Of a DNA stretch of 64,000 nt, positions 38,972 through 49,414 are shown piece after piece. This stretch comes from Pseudomonadota bacterium (GTDB lineage Bacteria; Pseudomonadota; Gammaproteobacteria; Pseudomonadales; Halieaceae): positions 10,533 to 74,532 of the forward strand of contig JBCCYE010000013.1 of assembly GCA_039190425.1 (NCBI GenBank), in the 5' to 3' direction. The position numbers were made by a program, and so were the translations under genes. The first letter of the stretch is position 1. Each line of letters opens with the position of its first letter. The notes under the pieces are model-generated. The model did no database searches, was not told the origin of the DNA, and saw nothing but the letters and a program-made list of their open reading frames with translations.

Positions 38972-40129
38972 ATGCCAGGGCCAGGGGACCCGCACGCGAT
39001 CAGCGCGCCCGCGCTGTTCGACGGCAAGCAGTTCCTGCGCGAGAAATGTGTCATTGTGAGCGGCGCCCGAATTGAACAGGTGCTGCCGCTGGCTGATTGT
39101 CCGGCCGGAATAGAACACATCGCACTGGGCAGCGGTACGCTCGCGCCGGGGCTGATAGACCTGCAGGTAAACGGCGGGGGCGATCTGCTGTTCGTTAATT
39201 CGCCCTGCGCGGACACTGTTGCTTCGATATACCGCGCCCATCGAGCCCTGGGCACGACCGGTATGCTTCCGACGGCGATCAGCGAAACCGCCGCATCCCA
39301 CCGCGCCGCGGTCGCCGCGGTTGTATCAGCCCAAGAGGACAATCCTGGCATTCTTGGTATCCACCTCGAGGGGCCTTTCTGCAACCCCGAAAAACACGGA
39401 GCGCACCGTCCGGAGCTGATGCGCGGACCCAGCACGGAGGATATTGACTGGCTTTGCTCACTTGGAAGCCTCCGAGTACTGATCACGCTGGCACCGGAGC
39501 AGTTGCCGGGCACGGAGCTGCAACAGCTGGTGGGTCATGGTCTCATCGTCTGGGCCGGACACACCCAGGCCAACTACCTGGACATGGTGGTCGCCGCCGA
39601 CCACGGCCTGACGGGTGCGACCCATCTGTACAATGCCATGAGCCAGATGACAGCCCGAGAACCGGGCGTCGTCGGGGCCGCTTTGGCACTGGATTCGCTG
39701 TACGCGAGCGTGATCGCTGATGGCCACCATGTGCATAGCGCTGCAATCACCCTGGCGTTGAGCGCCAAACCGGCTGGTCGTCTACTGCTGGTCAGTGACG
39801 CCATGGCGCCTGTGGGTGGCTCTGCAGACAGCTTCGAGCTCTACGGTGAAACCGTGACCGTGCAAGACGGTGCGCTGCGCAACGCGAACGGGGCCCTGGC
39901 CGGTAGCGCGATTTGCCTGATGGACGCCGTACGTTTCATGCATCAGAAGGTGGGGGCGGCGCTGGACGTCTGCCTGCGCATGGCCTCAACCTATCCTGCT
40001 CGGGTGTTGGGCATGGAAAAAGAGCTGGGCGGAATTGAGCCGGGCATGCGCGCGGATCTGGTCCATTTTGAGGACGACTTCCGCGTCACGCACACCTGGC
40101 TGGCTGGAGAGGCAATCCGGCATGCGTAA
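38972..40129 (+). CDS. nagA: N-acetylglucosamine-6-phosphate deacetylase
   Basis: PGLIDLQVNGGG, HLEGPF, THLYNAM, DGHHV, LAGS; AGGAGG RBS before 38972. Confidence 0.92.
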   Translation: MPGPGDPHAISAPALFDGKQFLREKCVIVSGARIEQVLPLADCPAGIEHIALGSGTLAPGLIDLQVNGGGDLLFVNSPCADTVASIYRAHRALGTTGMLPTAISETAASHRAAVAAVVSAQEDNPGILGIHLEGPFCNPEKHGAHRPELMRGPSTEDIDWLCSLGSLRVLITLAPEQLPGTELQQLVGHGLIVWAGHTQANYLDMVVAADHGLTGATHLYNAMSQMTAREPGVVGAALALDSLYASVIADGHHVHSAAITLALSAKPAGRLLLVSDAMAPVGGSADSFELYGETVTVQDGALRNANGALAGSAICLMDAVRFMHQKVGAALDVCLRMASTYPARVLGMEKELGGIEPGMRADLVHFEDDFRVTHTWLAGEAIRHA

Positions 40130-42236
40130 TCTCCTCCTGCCTGGCAGCAGAGCACGCGCACTTCGCCATGCGCTGGCTGTGACCGCATACCTGGCCTACT
40201 CATCGGCTATTCAGGCTGAACCGCTGGTGGACATTTCCACCGTGAGAGACGGCTGGAACTTTAATCTGCCGGCCGCAGAGGTCAGCGAACTTTGTGAACG
40301 CACTCTGGAGCGCGCGGCGATCGCCTTCACGGCAATTGAGTCAGATAACGAGCCGCCCACCCTGGAGCGTGTCATGGGGGCCTATCAGGACATGCGCCTC
40401 GGATTGCAAAACGTTCAATACCTTTGGTACCTGAAAGCCGTACACCCGGACACGGCCGTCCAGGAAGCGGCCCAATCCTGTATCGGCCACTACACCGACT
40501 TCATGGTCAGTACGCGCCTGTCGAACGCGTTCTATGCACGGGTATCGGCCATCGATCTAACGGAAGCGGATGCCGCCGCCCGCACGATGGTGGAAGATAA
40601 ACTGCGCGGCTTCCGACGCGCCGGCGTGGATCGGGATGAGGAAACGCGCACCCGGGTCAGGAATTTAAATCGAGAAATCAGCGAGCTGAGCAATCGCTTC
40701 GATCAGAACATCCGGCTCGATCGGCGTGAAGTACTTGCCTCGGAGGACGAGCTGGCCGGTCTACCGGACGATTTTATTGCCAGTCATCGCCCTAACGAAG
40801 AGGGCATCGTCACTCTGACGACGGATTATCCTGTCGTGTTGCCGGTGATGAAATACGCCCACAGCGATGCACTGCGTCAGCGACTGTACACCGCGAGAAA
40901 GCGCATTGGCACGCCGACTAATGATGAGACATTGGCATCACTGATTGCGCGCCGCCACGAACTAGCGACTCTGCTGGGATTTCCAAGCTATGCGGCGTTG
41001 TCCATGGACGGTCTTATGATCGGCTCACCCGAGAAGGCGCGTGAGTTTCTCGATGAACTGGACGAAGCGGTCAGGCCAGGTGCCCAAAGTGACATCGTTA
41101 CTCTGCTCGACAGGTTGCGCCAAATCGATCCGGAGGCCGAACGCGTTGAGGCCTGGCAGGCCGCCTATTTATCCAATCTGGTGCGTCAAGAGCACTACGC
41201 CATCGATACTCGGGAAATCCGCACCTACCTGAGCTTCGCCCGCGTGCAGGAAGGCATCTTCAAACTGACCGAAGACCTGTTTGACGTGCAGATTGTTCCT
41301 TGGCACACCGACACCTGGCACGAAGACGTAACAGCCTGGGAGATTCGCGAAAACGGTGAACCACTCGGCCGTTTTTACCTGGATATGCATCCGCGTGAAA
41401 ACAAATACACCCACGCTGCTCACTGGACCTTGCGCCGAGGGCTGCTCGGGGGTCAGCTGCCGCTGTCCGGCATGGCGACGAATTTTCCGCGTGGACTGAT
41501 GGAACACCAACAGGTGTCGACGTTCCTGCATGAATTTGGCCACCTGCTGCACAACATGTTTTCAGGTACGCAACACTGGCTGCCCGTCGCAGGCATGACC
41601 ATGGAGCGAGATTTTGTGGAGGCTCCGTCGCAGATGCTGGAGGAGTGGGTCTGGGACTACGACACATTGAACCGTTTCGCGGTGAACGCGGACGGCCAAA
41701 CCATACCCCCATCGCTGGTCGACAAAATGCAGCGCGCGCGTCACTTCGGTGAAGCCGCGGCGACGGCAGGACAGATTTTCTACGCCAATCTGGCGCTTGA
41801 GTATTTCAGTCGTGACCCCGACAGCTTTGAACTACTGCCACTCATGCAGGAACTCCAAGAGCGCTACTCACCCTATCCCTACGTGCCGGGCACCCACTTC
41901 TACAACAACTTTGGCCACCTGAACGGATATGGCTCCAATTATTACATGTACCAATGGTCAAGAGCGATTTCCAATGATCTGTTCAGCCGCTTCCAACAGG
42001 GCGGACTGCGCAACACAGAAGTCGCGCAGGCCTATCGCAATGAGATTCTGGCACCGGGTGGCAGTCGCCCTGCTGCCGACTCTATCGCCGCATTTCTGGG
42101 CAGGCCATTCTCGGCACGAGCCTATGCCACCTACCTCAGACAGCTCAACATGCGGGTAGAGGAATACGCGTCAACGGCCGAGCCATCGAGTGATGACGGC
42201 GTGCAAGTTGACGCGAGCGCGGAGACGGGTGGCTAG
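40122..42236 (+). CDS. M3A-family oligopeptidase (thimet/neurolysin-like), with signal peptide
   Basis: FYLDMHPRENK, HEFGH, DFVEAPSQMLE, FGHL.GY...YY.Y.WS. Confidence 0.9.
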   Translation: MRNLLLPGSRARALRHALAVTAYLAYSSAIQAEPLVDISTVRDGWNFNLPAAEVSELCERTLERAAIAFTAIESDNEPPTLERVMGAYQDMRLGLQNVQYLWYLKAVHPDTAVQEAAQSCIGHYTDFMVSTRLSNAFYARVSAIDLTEADAAARTMVEDKLRGFRRAGVDRDEETRTRVRNLNREISELSNRFDQNIRLDRREVLASEDELAGLPDDFIASHRPNEEGIVTLTTDYPVVLPVMKYAHSDALRQRLYTARKRIGTPTNDETLASLIARRHELATLLGFPSYAALSMDGLMIGSPEKAREFLDELDEAVRPGAQSDIVTLLDRLRQIDPEAERVEAWQAAYLSNLVRQEHYAIDTREIRTYLSFARVQEGIFKLTEDLFDVQIVPWHTDTWHEDVTAWEIRENGEPLGRFYLDMHPRENKYTHAAHWTLRRGLLGGQLPLSGMATNFPRGLMEHQQVSTFLHEFGHLLHNMFSGTQHWLPVAGMTMERDFVEAPSQMLEEWVWDYDTLNRFAVNADGQTIPPSLVDKMQRARHFGEAAATAGQIFYANLALEYFSRDPDSFELLPLMQELQERYSPYPYVPGTHFYNNFGHLNGYGSNYYMYQWSRAISNDLFSRFQQGGLRNTEVAQAYRNEILAPGGSRPAADSIAAFLGRPFSARAYATYLRQLNMRVEEYASTAEPSSDDGVQVDASAETGG

Positions 42237-43511
42237 CATGAACATGCCGCCCAGTTTGCGGTGCAGGTAAACGGCATCCATCGGTGGCATGCGCCAGAAA
42301 TCCCTGTAATCGGTTACCTTTTCTCCCAACTCCGCAATGTTAGACGCCAGCTCTGACTCGGCAAAATCGAACTCGTCATCGTAGGTCACTGGCTCCAGCG
42401 CGAGCTCGAACAGCTCCTCAATCAACGCCCGGTAAGGACTCTCCTCTTCGCCCATGTCATACCCCAGCTTGATTGCTGCAGCCACCATACCGTCAAGATC
42501 GGCGTCCACTGCCGCTGCCGCGAGCTTCTTGTAACTGCGCACGAATTCCGCTTTAAAACGGCGAGTAGCGCCGAAATCCAGCAGGACGATTTCGCCCGTC
42601 TTTCTGCGGTAGCGGTAGTTCGCGAAGTTCGGATCCGTCTGCATCTGGCGCAACTCGAACAATTCGAGAAACATCAGATCGAACATGGCCTCAGTCACTC
42701 GATTCCGCTCGTGCTGCGGTGCAACGGCGACTTCTTCTATAGGAACACCACTGACGTAGGTCATCGCGAGCACCGTTTTGTGCGTAAGATCCGGCAACAG
42801 TTCCGGCACCACAAAACGATCGTCACTGGCCAGCAGCTGGCCGAAGGATTGCAGGTGCTTCGCCTCCTTGAGGTAGTCTGCCTCATCCTTTAATTGGCGT
42901 TTGGCGTCAGCCAGTAGGGGGTTGATATCAAGCCCATCCGGTAACAGTCCCGACAGGCGCAACAGTCCGGAAATGTTATCTACATCGCTATCGATGCTAC
43001 GTGCCACTCCCGGGTACTGAACCTTGAGAACGATGTCTCGCCCATCAGGCGATAAGGTACGATGCACCTGACCAATGGAGGCCGCGGCGATCGGTTTTGG
43101 GTCAAAGTTGTAGAACAGAGATTCCCAGTCGGCTCCAAAAGATTCCGTCATGGCCTGCTCGAGCTGTTCAGGCGGCATGATATTGGCGTCGTCACGCAGT
43201 CGGGCGAGTATGTCAGCCAGCTCTGGCGGAAGGAAATCTCCCGTATCCATGGAGAGCATCTGACCCACCTTCATGGCGGCACCGCGCATCCCCGCAAGCT
43301 GATCGGCGACGCGCCGGGCATTGGCGGGTGTCAACAGCATGTCGCGTGCTTTGAGAGGTTTACCGTCGCGCAGCTGTCGGGATCCCTCGGCCAACATGCC
43401 CCCAGCGACGCTGCCGGCCAACCGCGCCATGCGCGCAAATCGGCCAGCCCGGCTGGTCGGCACAGCCTCACCGCGAGACCGAGACCTGCTGTTCCTATCC
43501 TTGTTTGCCAT
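42171..43511 (-). CDS. ABC1/UbiB/Coq8-family atypical kinase
   Basis: MRGAAMKVGQ, AAASIGQVH, KVQYPG, QTDPNFAN, LDFG. Confidence 0.9.
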   Translation of the reverse strand: MANKDRNSRSRSRGEAVPTSRAGRFARMARLAGSVAGGMLAEGSRQLRDGKPLKARDMLLTPANARRVADQLAGMRGAAMKVGQMLSMDTGDFLPPELADILARLRDDANIMPPEQLEQAMTESFGADWESLFYNFDPKPIAAASIGQVHRTLSPDGRDIVLKVQYPGVARSIDSDVDNISGLLRLSGLLPDGLDINPLLADAKRQLKDEADYLKEAKHLQSFGQLLASDDRFVVPELLPDLTHKTVLAMTYVSGVPIEEVAVAPQHERNRVTEAMFDLMFLELFELRQMQTDPNFANYRYRRKTGEIVLLDFGATRRFKAEFVRSYKKLAAAAVDADLDGMVAAAIKLGYDMGEEESPYRALIEELFELALEPVTYDDEFDFAESELASNIAELGEKVTDYRDFWRMPPMDAVYLHRKLGGMFMLATRLRARVNLHAVITRWLGR

Positions 43512-44907
43512 ATCGCTTTCCCTTGTGCCAGCCCGAGATGTAGCGAGTGGCCATGCCGTAGCCATTAAACTCCGCATCGAGCAGGGCGATAAAGTTGAAC
43601 AGACCGCTCAGCTTACGCGCCAGCAGCGCAAAATCTCTGGAGGGGCGAGAGAAGTGGCGCGTCGCGGCAAACGTCGCTCCAAGGCGCCCCGCCCGCTGCA
43701 TGAGCTGCGACTGCCCCCAGCAGTACCTGCCTTGTGAGTTCAAATACTCGGCGGGGAGTCGCTCCGGCGGACGCAATGGCTCCAGCAGCTGTATGCAAAA
43801 TCGAGCAAACAGCTGCTTGCCTTCTTCGCTGGTCGATGGCTGCAGACAGCCCAGGCCCGTAAGGCCTTTGATCAGATCAGACTCGTCTTCGCGCAGGCCT
43901 GCATCGATGGTCAGTCGCAAATCTGCCAGAAACTTGCCGTCGCACTCCATGACTGACCCAAAATCCAGCAGGACGATGCGATCTCTGCCAGAATTGCGAC
44001 GACGATCGTCCAAGCACAGCAGATAGTTACCAAAGTTAGGATCGGTCTGAAGTGCACCCCAGTGATAGACCTCGAAAAAGAACAGCTCCAGCATGGCCTC
44101 CGCCAGCGCGTTGCGTCGAGGTAACGGCAGAGCCAATACCGCCGGATCCGCGACAGAGTAGCCGTCGACAAACTCCATGGCGAGCACGGTCTCTGTACAG
44201 TACCGATCAAACAACTGCGGAACCTGTAACGAAACCATACCGTCCGGGAGTTTGCCAAGTTTGTCCGCGGTGGAGCGCAGCAACCTGGCTTCCCGAAAAT
44301 AGTCGATTTCGTGATGCAGATGTACCCGTAGGGAGGCCAGCCAGTCATCCAAATCCCGCCCCCCCTGCACCCACCTCGCCAGCGTCAACATGCGCACCAC
44401 CGCATCAAAGTCGCTGTCGATCAGCTCGGCGAGTCCGGGATATTGAACCTTCAGACAGATCCACTCATCGCTGGCGCGAATTCGGGCAAGGTGTACCTGT
44501 GACAGAGACGCTGCGGCAATGGCATTAGGATCGATGTCCAATTCGGCGTAGCGCTTGCCGAGGCTGTGTCGGACACCCTCCTCAACGTCCTGCCAGGGCA
44601 GTGCTTCTGTACGATCGGCCAGATCCCGCAGCGCCTCAACGAGCACCGCGGGAAGAAACTGCTCACCGAACAGAGCCAGCAGCTGGCCAATCTTGACGTA
44701 GGTCCCCTTGAGACGGCCCAGTTCTTCCGCGAAGCGCTGTGCCTCACGACGGGCGAAGGCGGAATCAGTGTGATCGCCGTTCTTGCCCAGCACTCGTTGC
44801 ATGGCGCTGTCGACGGCCAGTGCGCCACCCGCGCGCACTCCAGCAAGGGAGACCGCCAGACTGCGTGACAGTGGTTTGTTTTTTAGACCGCGGGGTTTTC
44901 GAGGCAT
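43495..44907 (-). CDS. ABC1/UbiB/Coq8-family atypical kinase (second paralog)
   Basis: LKGTYVKIGQ, AAASLSQVH, KVQYPG, QTDPNFGN, LDFG. Confidence 0.9.
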   Translation of the reverse strand: MPRKPRGLKNKPLSRSLAVSLAGVRAGGALAVDSAMQRVLGKNGDHTDSAFARREAQRFAEELGRLKGTYVKIGQLLALFGEQFLPAVLVEALRDLADRTEALPWQDVEEGVRHSLGKRYAELDIDPNAIAAASLSQVHLARIRASDEWICLKVQYPGLAELIDSDFDAVVRMLTLARWVQGGRDLDDWLASLRVHLHHEIDYFREARLLRSTADKLGKLPDGMVSLQVPQLFDRYCTETVLAMEFVDGYSVADPAVLALPLPRRNALAEAMLELFFFEVYHWGALQTDPNFGNYLLCLDDRRRNSGRDRIVLLDFGSVMECDGKFLADLRLTIDAGLREDESDLIKGLTGLGCLQPSTSEEGKQLFARFCIQLLEPLRPPERLPAEYLNSQGRYCWGQSQLMQRAGRLGATFAATRHFSRPSRDFALLARKLSGLFNFIALLDAEFNGYGMATRYISGWHKGKRYGKQG

Positions 44908-45007
44908 AACCGACAACGACTGTGCGAACACCAATGACCGATCGGCAATTATAATCGATTACCGGTATCCCCACAGGGCCGCCGACAGATGTTCACCAAT
45001 TTTGCGA

Positions 45008-46135
45008 TCAGTCAAGCAGCAGCGTCGCGAGGTGTTTACGATGGTGCTGTGAGTCACCAAACTGTTGTCGGGCCCATTGGGCTCTGCGAATGTAAAGTTG
45101 TGCGTCACATTCGTAGGTAAAACCCATGCCACCATGAAACTGCACCGCACGGTCGCCCGCGTACTCCAGGTTTTCCGCCGCATGCGCTTTTGCCATTCGA
45201 CAGGCAATCTCGGCGTCGCGATCCAGCGAACTCTCACCCACCACGGTCGCAGCGTGATAGATGAGCGAGCGAGCGGAATCGGTTCCACAAAGGATATCCA
45301 CGGCAGGGTGTTTCAACGCCTGATAAGAGCCTATCAACTTGCCGAACTGCTTGCGCGTGTTGAGGTATTCAACGACGGTCGCCAGGCAGGAATATGCGCT
45401 GCCGGTGGCTTCCGCTGCCACCAACAACGCACCCAGCAGGCGCACATCACGCAACGCAGCCCGAACCGCATCACCTTCCAGCACCGCATCCTCAGCAACC
45501 TGTACACCATCCAGCGCTACGTTCGCCGATCGTTTGGTTTCGTCGATCAGGACATTGGAAGCGAATGCGTCGCTCGTAACTTGTTCAGTTCGTAATACGA
45601 CGATCACGGTCTCACCATCACGTAAGCAGGGTACCAACAGCAGCTCGGCCACACCCACATCGGGTACCATGAACTTGCTACCCTGCAGCACGCCATCGTT
45701 ACTCAGCGTTGTGGTAATGCGATCGCTGCCCCAATCACCGTTTTCCAGCAGCGCGACCGTCGCGATAGTACCCTCAGCGATCCCGGCCAGCCAACCCTCG
45801 ACACGCGACGGCTGCCCAAGACGCTGCAACAACTGTCCGGCAAGAGTGGAGCTGATCAGCGGTGTCGCGAGCATGACTCGCCCCATGGCTTCCACCACTG
45901 GGACCAGAGCGCCAACGCCCAGCGCCGAACCACCCACGGACTCGGGTAGGGCGATGCCTGTCCAACCCAGCGCTATCATTTCCTCCCACACCGTTTCCGG
46001 GTAGCCCGAACTCGACTCCAGGTGTTCGCGCACCACATCAATCGGTGATTTATCGCGGCAGAATTCATTCGCCACCCCCATCAGCATCGCCTGCTCTTCG
46101 CTGAGTGTTAGCGCCGTACTACTGTGTATTGCCAT
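45008..46135 (-). CDS. Acyl-CoA dehydrogenase, short partner subunit type
   Basis: RKQFGKLIGSYQALKH, VQFHGGMGFTYE. Confidence 0.88.
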   Translation of the reverse strand: MAIHSSTALTLSEEQAMLMGVANEFCRDKSPIDVVREHLESSSGYPETVWEEMIALGWTGIALPESVGGSALGVGALVPVVEAMGRVMLATPLISSTLAGQLLQRLGQPSRVEGWLAGIAEGTIATVALLENGDWGSDRITTTLSNDGVLQGSKFMVPDVGVAELLLVPCLRDGETVIVVLRTEQVTSDAFASNVLIDETKRSANVALDGVQVAEDAVLEGDAVRAALRDVRLLGALLVAAEATGSAYSCLATVVEYLNTRKQFGKLIGSYQALKHPAVDILCGTDSARSLIYHAATVVGESSLDRDAEIACRMAKAHAAENLEYAGDRAVQFHGGMGFTYECDAQLYIRRAQWARQQFGDSQHHRKHLATLLLD

Positions 46136-46144
46136 GACGACCTC

Positions 46145-47347
46145 CTATTTCGGCAGACGCAAAACGTGCTCCGCTACAATATTGGCCTGCACCTGGCTGG
46201 TACCGCCGCCAATCGTCGCGGAGAAACTGTTGAGATACGCGCGTTGCCAGAACCCACCCTGAGGGGCGCCCGGGTCCCCTACGTACAGACCCCCATCAGC
46301 ACCCTGGAGATTGATCGCGAGTTGACGCATGCGACGCGTCATTTCCGTACCACGAAGCTTGTGAGACAGCGGCAAGGAACCCGGATAGTCGGTCGTCAGG
46401 TGATCCACATGGGCGCGCCGCTCACCAAGAATCAGCGCTTTTTCCTCGATGATGGCCTGCACCAGTTGATCGCGAACCACCGCATCCTTCAACACCGGCT
46501 CCCCGTCACGCTGCACCTCGCGCAGATCGTCCACCAGGTCTTCCACCGTCACTCTCACCATCGCCTGTCCACCCGCGGCCCCCGCCGCCGCGCCACGCTC
46601 GTACTGGAGCGTATTCATCGCGATCTGCCAGCCTTGTCCCTCCTCTCCCATCAGGCAGGCGGCTGGAATTCTGGCATCAGTGAAAAAGGTTTCCGTAAAA
46701 CCGTATTCACCTGTGATCTTGCGAATCGGGCGCGTCTCTATGCCAGGTACCTGCATTGGCGAGAGAAAGAAGGATAGGCCATCGTACTTGCGTTCCGCTT
46801 CGGGGTTGGTGCGCGCCAGCAGGATCATGTACTTGGCAAAATTGCCCATGGTCGTCCAGATCTTTTGCCCGTTGATCACATACTCGTCACCGTCACGGAC
46901 GGCTCGCGTCTGCGCATTACCCAGGTCTGAGCCGTGCTCTGGTTCCGAAAAACCCTGGCACCAGACGTCTTCGCCACTGAGTATGCCCTTCAGGTACTTC
47001 GCTTTTTCCTCTTCGGTCCCTGTGTCATTGATCAGCGGGCCCGCCCAGCCAAGTCCGATTACGTTGAAGCAAATCGGAACGTTATGCCGACGCATCTCCT
47101 GATCGGCGACGACTTGAAAAGCCGCATCAACTCCGCCCCCTCCGTATGCTTTTGGCCAACCCATTCCCAGATAGCCCGCTGACCATATCTTGTGCTGCCA
47201 CTCTCTGAGAAACTCCAACTGTTGCTCATCACCCACTTCCATAAACGTCTGGGGTAGCAGAAACCCAGGGTCTTTGGGCTTGTTGTCCGCCATCCAAGCG
47301 GACACTTCTGCTCGAAAGTCGGTAAGTTCCTGCTCATTAACACTCAT
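46145..47347 (-). CDS. Acyl-CoA dehydrogenase
   Basis: WCQGFSEPEHGSDL, GQKIWT, LQYER, TIGGGTSQVQ. Confidence 0.9.
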   Translation of the reverse strand: MSVNEQELTDFRAEVSAWMADNKPKDPGFLLPQTFMEVGDEQQLEFLREWQHKIWSAGYLGMGWPKAYGGGGVDAAFQVVADQEMRRHNVPICFNVIGLGWAGPLINDTGTEEEKAKYLKGILSGEDVWCQGFSEPEHGSDLGNAQTRAVRDGDEYVINGQKIWTTMGNFAKYMILLARTNPEAERKYDGLSFFLSPMQVPGIETRPIRKITGEYGFTETFFTDARIPAACLMGEEGQGWQIAMNTLQYERGAAAGAAGGQAMVRVTVEDLVDDLREVQRDGEPVLKDAVVRDQLVQAIIEEKALILGERRAHVDHLTTDYPGSLPLSHKLRGTEMTRRMRQLAINLQGADGGLYVGDPGAPQGGFWQRAYLNSFSATIGGGTSQVQANIVAEHVLRLPK

Positions 47348-47351
47348 CGCA

Positions 47352-47984
47352 CTACTCCATACCGGGAAGCGCCAGCGGCTCCCCTTGTTCGTTGGCCCGC
47401 TTGAATGCGGGGCGTTCCATTAACCTTGCCAGATAGGTCGCCGTCTGGGGTTGATAATCCTCATTGAATTTCAGACCCATGCCTAGAAAAAGCGCGTAGC
47501 TCACAGCGATATCGGCGACAGTAAAGCGGTTGTCGACCAGATACTCATTCTCTTCAAGATGCTTGTCCAGACGCCGCAGTCGGGCGATGTACCATTTTCG
47601 ATAGTCGTCGGCCACCGCTTGTTTCTCCGGGGTGGGCTCAAGAATGTAATACCGCATGGCGATGGTCTGCGGGAACGTCAGAGTGGCGTCAGCGTGGTGC
47701 AGCCAGTTCAGATAGTTACCGTACTCGGGGTGGTCGGGACGCAGACCGAGATCGTAGCGTTGATAGCGATCCACCAAATACTGGCAAATGGCTGACGACT
47801 CCGTCATTTGCACGTCGCCATCAGTAAAAAAAGGCACCGTGCCGAGACTGTTTACAGAGAGATAGTCCCGTTGAAAAATTCTCGGTGGAAAAGGCAGTAT
47901 CTCCACCTCGTAGTCGATACCCAACTCCTCCAGGGCCCACAGTGCCCGTAGTGACCTTGCGCCAGCACAGTGCCAAAGCTTCAT
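47352..47984 (-). CDS. Glutathione S-transferase family protein
   Basis: RALWALEELG, GTVP, ESSAI, FTVADI. Confidence 0.9.
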   Translation of the reverse strand: MKLWHCAGARSLRALWALEELGIDYEVEILPFPPRIFQRDYLSVNSLGTVPFFTDGDVQMTESSAICQYLVDRYQRYDLGLRPDHPEYGNYLNWLHHADATLTFPQTIAMRYYILEPTPEKQAVADDYRKWYIARLRRLDKHLEENEYLVDNRFTVADIAVSYALFLGMGLKFNEDYQPQTATYLARLMERPAFKRANEQGEPLALPGME

Positions 47985-47986
47985 GG

Positions 47987-49159
47987 CTATAGCCCATATT
48001 GGCGCGATGCGAGATCGCGCATGATTTCTTCCGACCCGCCGCCGATGGCATTGACGCGCACCTCACGGTAGATCCGTTCCACACGGTTGCCGCGCATGTA
48101 GCCAATCCCGCCGAGAATCTGCATGGCCTCTCTTGCGCAGAACTCCATGGTTTCGCTGGCTTGTACCTTGAGCAGTGCGATATCTCCGGGGTTGGCGGTC
48201 CCCGCCTCAAGCGTCTCGAAGCACATCCGGATGTAGGCCTGAGTCGCATTCAATCGTTGTTTCATCATGGCGATTTTATGTCGTATCACCTGATGGTCAG
48301 CCAATCGCTTGCCAAACGTCTTGCGCTCACGCGCCCACTGCACCGCTTCTTCGAGGCAGACTCGACCCAGTGCTTCCATGGAGGCCGCCATCGCCATGCG
48401 CTCACCATTGAAGTTAGTCATGATCACCAAAAAGCCCTGGTTTTCTTCCCCAATCAAGTTGCTTGCGGGGACCCGGACATTGTCGAAGTAAAGCGTGGCC
48501 GTATCCGACGCCCACCAACCCTGCTTCTTGTCCAGCTCGGTTCGACTGAAGCCCTCCGCATCGGTGGGGATCAACAGCATGGAAACGCCCCGAGCACCCT
48601 CTCCGCCTGTGCGCACCGCAGTGGACACCCAGTTTGCACGCATCCCTCCCGTGATGTAGGTCTTCGATCCATTGACGATGAAGTGATCACCGTCGCGAAC
48701 CGCTGTCGTCGACAGCTGTGCGACATCAGAGCCACCACCCGCTTCTGTGATGCCCAGGGAAATGTGTTTTTCACCGCGCAGCACCGGCGGCGCGACCATC
48801 TCTTTCAGCTCCTGGGAGCCCCAGTTGATGATGGGCGGTAAGCCGATTCCATGCACCATCAGCGTGGCAGCAATGCCGCCGACACCCACTCGCGAAAGCT
48901 CTTCATTGGTTATCCACAGGTGCCAGGAGTCGATACCCTCACTGGTCCCACCGAACTCCTCCGGATAGCCAAGGCCCAGCAAGCCCACGGCGGCGGCTTT
49001 TGGCCACAGCGCACTGGGAATGTGCCCCGCTTCGTCCCACTCATCGGCGTAGGGCGCGATCTCTGCATCGATAAATCGGCGCAGCTGTGTTCGCCACTCA
49101 TGATGCTCCTCGCGCAGGTTCGCGTTGGGTAATCGAGCACTGTCAAAGTCCAGTGACAT
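47987..49159 (-). CDS. Acyl-CoA dehydrogenase (LCAD-like)
   Basis: ITEAGGGSD, GSKTYIT, FNGER, IGGGSEEIM. Confidence 0.92.
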   Translation of the reverse strand: MSLDFDSARLPNANLREEHHEWRTQLRRFIDAEIAPYADEWDEAGHIPSALWPKAAAVGLLGLGYPEEFGGTSEGIDSWHLWITNEELSRVGVGGIAATLMVHGIGLPPIINWGSQELKEMVAPPVLRGEKHISLGITEAGGGSDVAQLSTTAVRDGDHFIVNGSKTYITGGMRANWVSTAVRTGGEGARGVSMLLIPTDAEGFSRTELDKKQGWWASDTATLYFDNVRVPASNLIGEENQGFLVIMTNFNGERMAMAASMEALGRVCLEEAVQWARERKTFGKRLADHQVIRHKIAMMKQRLNATQAYIRMCFETLEAGTANPGDIALLKVQASETMEFCAREAMQILGGIGYMRGNRVERIYREVRVNAIGGGSEEIMRDLASRQYGL

Positions 49160-49414
49160 GGGCTGATCTCCTTGGTTTGGGGCACTTATACTAATCCAGG
49201 GTCAACGCACATGCATGGGCTTCGGTGCCACCGACTTGGGCAAAAGTGACAGCCCAAAACGTCTGCGATGCGACGTTGCATAGACGGCAGACAGCGGCCT
49301 TGACCGAGCCTTAGGCTACTCTGCTGCAGGTGCATGCTGCGGCCAGTGATTGTCCATCTCAACAATCGCGCTAACCACTTGGCAGACGACGCCCGCGCCC
49401 GTATATTGCCGATC

